From Octopus sinensis (Eukaryota): a stretch of DNA of 35,719 nucleotides. The position numbers and the translations under genes were made by a program. Positions 23,810-32,693 of the stretch are shown one piece after another. The stretch covers positions 1-35,719 of the forward strand of contig NW_021832047.1 in the NCBI RefSeq assembly GCF_006345805.1, in the 5' to 3' direction. Below the pieces are notes generated by a model, which searched no databases, was not told the origin of the DNA, and saw nothing but the letters and a program-made list of their open reading frames with translations. Numbering within the stretch: the stretch's first letter is position 1; every line of letters begins with the position of its first letter.

Positions 23810-23993
23810 ATAAAATAATAATAATAATAATAATAATATAATAATAACAGCATCGAAAAATATCTAAGGAATGAGAACCCTGGTTCGAAATTTCCTCAAG
23901 ACACCTGATGAAGGCTGGAGAGTATATCAGCCGAAACGTTGTGTTAACAACAAACAAGAGGAGGACAAATATCCGTCAAACGTAAATAATGTA
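23688..23993 (+). mobile_element. SINE-like element: tRNA-like head (23688-23762), (TAA)n (23763-23847), hammerhead-bearing tail (23852-23993)
   Basis: A-box-like tggcataatga and B-box-like gagttcgatt at tRNA-like spacing; the tail has an inverted paralogue at 23169-23310. Confidence 0.8.
23900..23945 (+). ncRNA. Minimal type I hammerhead ribozyme motif; predicted GUU cleavage after 23940
   Basis: Stem I GACAC/GTGTT; CTGATGA at 23905-23911; extra A; stem II GGCTG/CAGCC; GAAA at 23933-23936; palindromic ACGT stem III as in PLE hammerheads. Confidence 0.8.
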
Positions 23994-24088
23994 AAGGAAT
24001 AAATAGTTAGAAAACGAATTCAATATAATGATCACAAAAAAGAAAACTAAATGTACTAACTTTAAATATTGAAATATTTAATTATTAT

Positions 24089-24463
24089 TTCGTCTGCCGT
24101 TACATTCCGAGTTCAAATTCCGCCGAGGTCGACTTTGCCTTTCATCCCTTCGGGGTCGATTAAATAAGTACCAGTTACACACTGTGGTCGATGTAGTCAA
24201 CTTAATCCGTTTGTCTGTCCTTGTTTGTCCCCTCTATGTTTAGCCCCCACAGTAGGCAATAAAGAAATAAATATTTCATTATTATTTCGCCTGCCGTTAC
24301 GTTGTGAGTTCAAATTCCGCCGAGGTCGACTTTGCCTTTCATCCCTTCGGGGTCGATTAAATAAGTGCCAGTTACACACTGGGGTCAATGTAGTTGACTT
24401 AATCCCTTTGTCTGTCCTTGTTTGTCCCCTCTATGTTTAGACCCCAGTGGGCAATAAAGAAAT
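24089..24463 (+). mobile_element. Headless tandem dimer of SINE family D body (197-bp period)
   Basis: Two units of cgtctgccgttac...gagttcaaattccgccgaggtcgactttgcc...aataaagaaat. Confidence 0.9.
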
Positions 24464-24748
24464 AAATATTTAATTATTATCCCCTGATGACTTCCAAATG
24501 ATTTAATATAATAATGTGTATTACTTTCCTTGAAATGTCTATTCTTCAGTTGTATAACCGGAAATTTGGTCTTTTATGACAGAAACACCTGTCTGATTAA
24601 ATTAAACAAATAATCCATATTAGTACCAAAACCTGTTCCATTTATTGGACTCCGTTTAAAAATATTGATTTTTCTAATGATTGTTATTCATACATCTGTA
24701 CATTATTATAAATTTAATGTATATATTGCCTATGAATTTTTATAAACT

Positions 24749-24943
24749 GATAGAATAAGTACGAGGCTTACAAAAAATAAGTGCTTCCGTACAGTTTCCG
24801 CCCTCCAAATTCACTCACAAGTCATCGGTCGGTCCGGGGGTTGTAGCTGAAGGCAGTTGCCCCAAAGTGTTGGGCAGTGGAACCGAACCCGAATCTGCTT
24901 GGTTTGCAAAGCGAGCTTCTTAACAACACAACTATGCCTGCGC
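24749..24943. mobile_element. Old rearranged SINE A: plus-strand 3' piece (24749-24782) joined to a minus-strand 5' half (24792-24943)
   Basis: gatagaataagtac..ggcttacaaa..aataagt followed by cagtttccg...aaattcactcacaag...gaacccg...cacaactatgcctgcgc. Confidence 0.6.
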
Positions 24944-25074
24944 TAATTATTGTTTTTTTTAAAAATTTTATTAATGACGTTGTAATAATTTGCTATAATT
25001 ACTACCCAATTTGTTAATTAGTTAATTACACAAACAAGCTCTGTAGTAGAAAAGACACTTCATCTGTATCGTTA

Positions 25075-25192
25075 TCATCATCAACGCCTCTTCATCTCCA
25101 TCGCCGCCTCTGCTGCCGCTACGCTCCACCACCGCCGCCACCACCATCGCCGCCGCCGCCGCCACCACCACCACCACCACCACAACCGCCGC
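25075..25192. repeat. GC-rich (CCG/CCA/CAT)n trinucleotide repeat
   Basis: Direct reading. Confidence 0.85.
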
Positions 25193-25223
25193 TTCTCATG
25201 GACCAATCGCCGGATTGCAACCT

Positions 25224-25471
25224 AAACTTGTAATCTGGAAAAAGTAACTGCAAATTTCTCTATGGTTCAGCATATGTGTTCTCTTTTTCACTGATCTTTT
25301 TCACAGGAGAGGCGGAGAGGCTGTGTGGTAAGTAGCTTGCTAACCAACCACATGGTTCCGGGTTCATTCCACTGCGTGGCATCTTGGGCAAGTGTCTTCT
25401 GCTATAGCCCCCGGGCCGACAATGCTTGTGAGTGGATTTGGTAGACGGAAACTGAAAAGAAGCCCGTCGTA

Positions 25472-25516
<45 letters not shown>

Positions 25517-26040
25517 TTTGTGGTTTCTGTGTTTTGCCCCCTAGCATTGCTTGACAACCGATGCTGGTGTGTTTACGTCCCCCGTAATGTAGCAGTTCAG
25601 CAAAAGAGATCGATAGAATAAGTACTGGCCTTACAAGGAATAAGTCCCGGGGTCGATTTGCTCGACTAAAGGCGGTGCTCCAGCATGGCCGCAGTCAAAT
25701 GACTGAAACAAGTAAAAGAGTAAAAGAGAGAGAGTGTATTATGTAAACATCCGCTGGGCAGCTAATTTCCATAACCGTGCAAAGGTTCTCTTCTCTTATC
25801 CCAAATCATTATATCGGGTCTGTTGTGCTTACATTTTATTGAGGTCTTCACTGGGACGTTCCACCAGAATTCCTTTTTATTATGAGTGGCTGTTCCTTGA
25901 TGGCAAACTCATACCCTTCAAAGTGGGAGGTTGCAATCCGGCTATTGGTCCATGAGAAACTGCTTTGATGGTCGATGTTACTATCATCACGGAGCTTTCT
26001 ACCGACTTATCCTTGCATAGTCTTCTGCTCATATAGGCTC
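25224..26040 (-). mobile_element. RLE-type non-LTR retrotransposon remnant (RT thumb and restriction-like endonuclease), split by a SINE A
   Basis: Minus strand: SFSWTNSRIATSHFEGYEFAIKEQ, EFWWNVPVKTSIKCKHNRPDIMIWDK, MEISCPADV, then beyond the SINE VKKISEKENTYAEP*RNLQLLFPDYKF. This is the RPD..E..K pattern of R2/R4-type RLE domains. Confidence 0.8.
25306..25731 (+). mobile_element. SINE family A, full length
   Basis: tRNA-like head (gctgtgtggtaag...ggttcattcc), CORE-like ttgggcaagtg, (TA)n linker and gtaaaaga tail; six further copies or fragments in the window. Confidence 0.93.
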
Positions 26041-26112
26041 GTGTGTATGTAAGTAGGATAATTAATTATGCTCTAGGCACAAGTCCTTGAAAACTTCGAG
26101 GGAAGGGGGATA

Positions 26113-26678
26113 ATCGATTACATCGACCCCAGTGCGTAACTGGTACTTGTTTCATCGACCCCGAAAGTATGGTAGGCAAAGTCGACCTCGGTGGAATTTG
26201 AACTCAGAACGTAGCGACAGACGAAATACCGCTGAGCGTTTCGCCCGGTATGCTAATGATTCTTATTTCTTTACTACCCACATGGGGCTAAACACAGAAG
26301 GGACAAACAAGGACAGACAGACGGATTAAGTCGATTACATCGACCCCAGTGCGTAGCTGGTATTTATTTAATCGACCTCGAAAAGATGAAAGACAAAGTC
26401 GACCTCGGTGGAATTTGAACTCAGAACGTAACGGCAGAGGAAATACCTATTTCTTTACTACCCACAAGGGGCTAAACACAGAAGGGACAAACAAGGACAG
26501 ACAAACGGATTTAGTCGATTATATTGAACCCAGTGCGTAACTGGTACTTAATTTATCAACCCCGAAATGATGAAAGGCAAAGTCGACCTGGGCGGAATTT
26601 GAACTCAGAACGTAGCGACAGACGAAATACTGCTAAGCATTTCGCCCGGTGTGCTAACGGTTCTGCCAGCTCGCCGCC
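26113..26678 (-). mobile_element. SINE family D tandem array (head at right, three body units)
   Basis: Reverse complement of the 27793-28575 units; head ggcggcgagctggcagaaccgttagcac at 26678. Confidence 0.9.
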
Positions 26679-26997
26679 TTTATGTAAGTATGATAATGGC
26701 ACTTATGCGTTTGAGTCAGTAGACATTGATTTATGGGCCGGACAGTTCTCACATCGTCTCGGCACAGATGCAGCAAATATGGCATGCAGCACATGCAGCA
26801 ACAAATAGGTCGCATAAGCATTTACTGCTTTGAATGTCTCCTTTTAATGGATTTTTTTCCCCCTGCCTGAGCACTTCTCAACATCTGTTGCTTTACTACG
26901 TGAAATGGGTGGATGGGTGCATGGGGTTATTTTATAATATTGCAAGTACCTGACAAAAATATCGAGAGCCAAATACACTGCATCTTCATTTATCCTC

Positions 26998-27418
26998 CTC
27001 ATCATCATCATCGTTTAACATCTGCTTTTCATGCTAGCATGAGTTGGACGAGTTTGACTGAGGGCTGGCGAACCAGGTGGCTGCACCAGGCTCCAATCTT
27101 GATCTGGCAGAGTTTCTACAGCTGGATGTCCTTCCTAACGCCAACCACTCCGAGAGTGTAGTGGGTGCTTTTTACGTGCCACCTACCCTACAATGTCATT
27201 TTGAACATAAACAATCGCATCATTGAAATCTCAAGGTTACAAACAATCATCATCATCATCATCATCATTGTTTAATGTCCTCTTTCCATGCTGGCATGGG
27301 TTGGACGATTTGACTGAGGACTGGCGAACCAGGTGGCTGCACCAGGCTCCAATCTTGATCTGGCAGAGTTTCTACAGCTGGATGTCCTTCCTAACGCCAA
27401 CCACTCCGAGAGTGTAGT
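26998..27418 (-). mobile_element. Two tandem copies (26998-27185 and 27246-27418) of a short retroelement ending in (GAT)n, RTE-type by inference
   Basis: Shared, nearly identical core ggcgaaccaggtggctgcacc...ggatgtccttcctaacgccaaccactccgagagtgtagt; (CAT)n on the left is the minus-strand tail. Confidence 0.7.
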
Positions 27419-27792
27419 AGATCCCCTTTTTTTTTTGCTAAGTCTGTTGGATTATGGTCTGGCCAGGAGAATTCGGTACTGCCGGTTTTATGGTCAGGTG
27501 ACCGGCGTCTAAATGGGTTCTTGCGCCTGGCTTGCAGAGTGAGGAGAATGTTGTGGACTAAAAAATAAGACCTGACAAAGGACGGATGAGCTCCTTGTGA
27601 GCCAACGGTCATTCACACACCAGTGGTGTCTTGTAAAAGACATCCTGAATGTCGTTGGGAAACTGTGCAGCCTGTCCGAAATCGTAATAACGAAAACTCC
27701 GATGGTAAAAGAAAAGAAAAAGAAACCATATTTTGTTCTCGAATTGGAGTCGACATCCACGAGTGATGTAGCGTTGAGCAAGAAGGATGTAA

Positions 27793-28575
27793 GGCGGCGA
27801 GCTGGCAGAAGCGTTAGCACGCCGGACGAAATGCGTTGCGGTATTTCGTCTGCCGTTACGTTGTGAGTTCAAATTCTGCCGAGGTCGACTTTGCCTTTCA
27901 TCCTTTCGGGGTCGATAAATTAAGCACCAGTTACGCATTGGGGTCGGTATAATCGACTTAATCCGTTTGTCTGTCCTTGTTTGTCCTCTCTGTGTTTAGC
28001 CCCTTGTGGGTAATAAAGAAATAGGTATTTCGTCTGTCGCTATGTTCTGAGTTCAAATTCTGCCGAGGTCGACTTTGCCTTTCATCCTCTCGGGGTCGAT
28101 TAAATAAGTACCAGTTACGCATTGGGGTCGGTATAATCGACTTAATCCGTTTGTCTGTCCTTGTTTGTCCTCTCTGTGTTTAGCCCCTTGTGAGTAGTAA
28201 AGAAATAGGTATTTCGTCTGCCGTTACGTTGTGAGTTCAAATTCTGCCAAGGTCGACTTTGCCTTTCATCCTTTCGGGGTCGATAAATTAAGCACCAGTT
28301 ACGCACTGGGGTCGATGTAATCGACTTAATACCTATGTCTGTCCTTGTTTGTCCTCTCTATGTTTAGCCCCTTGTTGGGTAATAAAGAAATAGGTATTTC
28401 GTCTGTCGCTATGTTCTGAGTTCAAATTCGGCCGAGGCCGACTTTGCCTTTCATCCTTTCGGGGTCGATAAATTAAGTACCAGTTACGCACTGGGGACGA
28501 TATAATCGACTTAATCCGTTTGTCTGTCCTTGTTTGTCTACTCTGAATGTAGCCCCTTGTGGGCAGTAAAGAAAT
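27793..28575 (+). mobile_element. SINE family D: one head plus four tandem units of about 184 bp, inside one TSD
   Basis: Unit starts at 27841, 28025, 28209 and 28394; flanks aagaaggatgtaa (27780) and aagaaggatgcaa (28576). Confidence 0.92.
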
Positions 28576-28679
28576 AAGAAGGATGCAAGAAGCGGCTGTT
28601 GTGAAATTTGAGAAAAGTTGTGATATAGCTTAGATGTAATGGTTGTATTGTGATATTTGAAGAAAAAGCTTGCTGTGCA

Positions 28680-29476
28680 CCGAGGTAGGTTGAAAAGTTC
28701 ACAGGCTGAGTATGAAGGAGTGATACCAGAGTTGTGAAATCTTGCATACATTAATTTTAACTTTTTTTCTTTTCTTTTACTTGTTTCAGTCATTTGACTG
28801 CGGCCATGCTGGAGCACCGCCTTTAGTCGAGCAAATCGACCCCGGGACTTATTCCTTTGTAAGCTCAGTACTTATTCTATCGGTCTCTTTTTGCCGAACC
28901 GCTAAGTGACGGGGACGTAAACACACCAGCATCGGTTGTCAAGCAATGCTAGGGGGACAAACACACACACACAAACATACATATATATATATATATATAC
29001 ATATATACGACAGGCTTCTTTCAGTTTCAGTCTACCAAATCCACTCACAAGGCATTGGTCTGCCCGGGGCTATAGCAGAAGACACTTGCCCAAGATGCCA
29101 CGCAGTGGGACTGAACCCGGAACCATGTGGTTGGTTAGCAAGCTACTTACCACACAGCCACTCCTGCGCCTACATTAATTTTAACTTCTTTTTTTTTTTT
29201 TTAATAACCGCTTTGTTTCTGACCAGGTAAACTAACATCTGACTAGTCAAAGAAGACTTCAAAAGTAACTAGTGATTTCTCTTGAAAATGGTCAACATTT
29301 GGCATTGTGGTGCGATCAAGTACTTGCCGAAAAAGCGTTTAGTTCCTTAGGACATTCATACCGAAATTCATGATGGGGACTGATGATGGCGTTACATCTG
29401 CTTTTGATGACTTTTTTGACCAACAAGATGAAAGCTTCTTCACCGATAGTATCCAAAAACTGCAACACCGATGGTA
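28680..29476 (+). mobile_element. Internally deleted mariner element, interrupted by SINE A
   Basis: TIR-like cgaggtaggttgaaaagttcacaggctga. ATG at 29288 gives MVNIWHCGAIKYLPKKRLVP*DIHTEI, joined directly to a mariner-type C-terminal helix DDGVTSAFDDFFDQQDESFFTDSIQKLQHRW. Confidence 0.7.
28764..29170 (-). mobile_element. SINE family A, full length, 17-bp TSD
   Basis: tacattaattttaactt at 28747-28763 and 29171-29187. Confidence 0.95.
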
Positions 29477-29780
29477 GTGGAGACACATGGCCTAGTGGTT
29501 AGAGCAGCAGACTTGCGGTCGAGGGATCACGGGTTCGAATCTCAGACTGGGTGGTGTGTGTGCTTATGAGCGAAACACCTAAGCTCCACGCGGCTCCAGC
29601 AGAAGGTAAAGGCGAAACTTCTGCTGACTCTTTCGCCACAACTTTCTCTCACTCATTCCTCCTGCATCTTGCAGCTCACCTGCGCCGGACGAGCGTCCCG
29701 TCCAGGTGGGGAACCTATATGCCAAGGAAACCGGGAAACCGGCCCTTATGAGCTAGGCGTGGCTCGAGAAGGAACAAACA
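29477..29780 (+). mobile_element. tRNA-derived SINE, family B head with tail type 3, 13-bp TSD
   Basis: Head tggcctagtggttagagcagcagac...ggttcgaatc; aacaccgatggta at 29464-29476 and 29781-29793. Confidence 0.92.
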
Positions 29781-29793
29781 AACACCGATGGTA

Positions 29794-30098
29794 TGATAGG
29801 CAAACCGAAAGTATGATAGGCAAAGTCGACCTCGGCAGAATTTTAACTCAGAACGTAGCGGCAGACGAAATACCTATCTCTTTACTACCCTCAAGGGGCT
29901 AAACACAGAGGGGACAAACAAAGACTGACAAACGGATTAAGTCGATTATATCGCTCCCAGTGCGTTAACTGGTACTTATTTAACCGACCCCGAAAGGATG
30001 AAAGGCAAAGTCGACCTCGGCGGAATTTGAAAAGTCGACCTCGGCGGAATTTGAACTCAGAACTCCTTTTAATGGATTTTTCCCCTGCTCGCCGCCTT
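29794..30098 (-). mobile_element. Rearranged SINE family D array
   Basis: Family D units with a 24-bp tandem duplication (30007-30054) and a partly replaced head. Confidence 0.85.
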
Positions 30099-30284
30099 TA
30101 TGTAAGTATGATAATGGCACATACATGCATGAGTCAGTATACAGTGACCTACGTGTTTGAACTGTAGTGAAAATTATCTGGCAACGACAGCATATTCAGC
30201 TAGTTTGTGCATGGGCGGTGTAATTTATGATTCCACTATCTAATTTACAATGGAATGTAGTCACAAATAGCTACCCTTTTTGGG

Positions 30285-31072
30285 GCATTTTAAGCCAACA
30301 GACTCAAAAGAATTTGTATTATTCTCAAAGCACACCAAAATCAATGTTCCTTTTAACTTGTCAAGAAAAACTTGCTCGATTGTATTCAGTATCGAAACCC
30401 ATAATAAATAACTCCAGGAGCTTTAAAATATATTACTTGAAAGAGATTATTCGGTTATTTTATTGAAGACTGAATAGAACGTGCAAAACAAGAGGACCTC
30501 TAGACACACAAAGCTTTATCTTACGTAGCAACATACAATCCAAGAAACCTGGAAGCATACAACGTTAACTGTCAGAATAGACACCTCTTGTTGAACGAGC
30601 TGTGAATGAAAAAAAAGCACTTGAAACACAAAAGACTATTGAAAGTAACAGACCACTCAAATCTCTAAAAATATTTTTATCAAATTTCCAAAAATGCAAC
30701 TCCACTGGTCACAAAATGCAACCGGCCTAACTGTGGGACCTGCATCAACTTTATGGAAGGTTCAACATATGAATTCAAGTTAGGTCAAATAATCACCATA
30801 AAAAATCATCTCACCTGTGCATCGAAAAAATACATGTTCTCAAATGTGGCGGATGTGGTGGTGATTACAGAGGTCGGAATAACGACACAAGGGCGCAACA
30901 GATTTGGGACTCCATGACCAGGAAAAGTCTCGAAAGTAAAGACCATAGCAGAAATCCAAAATATCAGATTTTCTCTCTCTATCAATACAGCGGAAACACT
31001 TCAACACAATTTCGATTAAATAAGGAAAATATGTTAATAAAAAAATACAAACCACAACTAAATATCCAATAA
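30285..31072 (+). mobile_element. Highly degenerate Penelope-like element (RT thumb, Cys-rich linker, GIY-YIG), Neptune-like by inference
   Basis: Manual translation across frameshifts: FKPTDSK...HTKINVPFNLSRK, LSYVATYNPRN, KCNRPNCGTC...HLTCASK, IHVLKCGGCGGDYRG, RLNKENMLIKKYKPQLNIQ* (stop 31070-31072). Confidence 0.75.
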
Positions 31073-31499
31073 CACACCAGAATGAAAAAAAACAAAAACA
31101 ATTTATTCACGAGAAACGATCAGAAATAACAAATATAAATCAAAAGTTTAAATAACAGGTTTCCTTGGGGATTCAAAACCCCAAATCCAAACAACTGTAC
31201 AAAAACAGCTTTCACCAGTTGCTGACATCACCCCAGACTGAACCAATGCGATTGTTTACAAGTCAAAACTGGATGCTCTGGAAAAAAAACAAAACAAATA
31301 TAAGCAATTTCACCGGTGAGTTCATTATGAACCCCTTTTCCGAGAGCAACGGCATTAGGTACATCCACCGGATTCTCTTAGATAAGACAGACGACAAAAA
31401 GGACCTTGAAGAGGATTTGAAAAAAAAAGTACCTTGAAGGGAATTTGAAGGAATTCAGGAAGAGATTTTGTCGCAAAAGGCCAAAAAATCTGCAACAGT

Positions 31500-31612
31500 C
31501 TACGATTCTATCCTAGTAACCAATAACTTGACAGAGACAAGCATCAAAATCATCCCTCATCCTCCCTATAATCCAGACCTTGTTCCCTATGACTGGTGGT
31601 TGTTTTCCAAGC
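31500..31612 (+). pseudogene. Mariner transposase catalytic-motif remnant
   Basis: IKIIPHPPYNPDLVPYDWWLFSK resembles the mariner HPPYSPDLAPxD..LF motif. Confidence 0.75.
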
Positions 31613-31778
31613 AGCCCTGGATCCCTTCACTTTGGAGGACTTTCATGGGGCCTTCACAAAGTGGATTCTACTTCGAAGGAGGTTAGAATCTTGTGATTCT
31701 TCGAAATCAATAAATGTCTCTCCCAAAAAAGTTTTTTAAATTCTGGAATGCACCTTGTATATTGTTAAGAATATTCTT

Positions 31779-32105
31779 GCGCGTGGTTTAATGGCTAGGG
31801 TAGTCGGTTCACTGTCGAAAGGTTGTGAGTTCGATCCCCGGCGGCGCCTTGTACCTTTGAGCAACACATTTTATTTCACGTTGCTTCAGTTCACTCAGCT
31901 GGCAAAAATGAATAGAATATTATCTGTATTTCAGAGGGGCCAGCCTTGTCACATTCTGTGTCACGCTGAATGTCCCTGAGAACTACGTTAAGGGTATGCA
32001 TGTCTGTGGAATATTCAACCACTTTCACATTAATTTCTCACCAGCAGGCTGTTCCGTTGATCGGATCAACTGGAACCCACGTCGTCGTAACCGAAGGAGA
32101 GCCGG
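31779..32105 (+). mobile_element. tRNA-derived SINE with a different (CORE-like) head and tail type 1
   Basis: Head gcgtggtttaatgg...gagttcgatcccc...cctttgagcaacac; from about 31924 it matches the tail of the 12.4-kb SINE. Confidence 0.85.
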
Positions 32106-32295
32106 GCGATCTCTGTATGTGTATGTGTGTTTACTTATGTGTGTGTGTGTATAGAGTCTCAAAATTATAGACAGAACTTCCTCAGTATATAACAGGTATC
32201 CAACATAATTCTTATACTGTTTGTTAATGTGTTATTTATTTATTTTCACGTGTCTTGGTCATAATGTTGTTTAGTTGTTAGCGAAATATTAAGTA

Positions 32296-32693
32296 CTAGC
32301 AGTATCGCTCGGCGTTGCTCGGGTTTGTAAGGGAAATAACTATATAAGCATTTTTAGAGAGTTATAGCCAAAAATTAGCAAAAAAATGCATTAAAAATGG
32401 GAAAAAAATTATGGTAATTTTTTTAAAAAATCGTTGACTCATCGTAGACATTTTTAGAGAGTTACTTCCCTTATATAATAGCGAAAAAAATGCATTAAAA
32501 TGGAAAAAATGATGGTAATTTTTTTTTTAAATCGTAGACTCATCGTAGACGCGCGCTAATACCCAGAAGGGCTCGATATGAATCACGACTATAAGATACC
32601 CGGTTTTGGTTAAACTGCACCGCAAAATGTGGGAGTAGTTAGGAATCTAAATCGTAGGAGACAGACACACAACTTCACTTTTATATATAAAGA
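32296..32693 (-). mobile_element. Non-autonomous Helitron, family 1
   Basis: Same A|TC...hairpin...CTAG|T termini and internal 100-bp duplication as 13394-13790. Confidence 0.9.

Noticed and set aside
23263-23853. Poly-Ile, poly-Leu and poly-Tyr ORFs that look like membrane proteins
   Set aside because: Translations of (TTA)n/(TAA)n; the meaningful coding remnant is the short minus-strand LINE end.
24484-24540. CTGATGA at about 24484 as another hammerhead (also CTGAAGA at about 15412 and 22261, CTGATGA at about 29380)
   Set aside because: No stem II-GAAA-stem III arrangement follows.
25306-25731. TSD for the SINE A inside the RLE LINE
   Set aside because: No convincing direct repeat at the two flanks.
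27841-28575. Regular 184-bp repeats as a CRISPR array, or as hammerhead-containing retrozyme units
   Set aside because: There are no unique spacers and the context is eukaryotic; I found no CUGANGA...GAAA core with stems on either strand. Other ribozyme classes were not excluded.
31165-31437. 90-aa ORF downstream of the PLE remnant
   Set aside because: TTG start, no recognisable motif, A-rich; likely chance.
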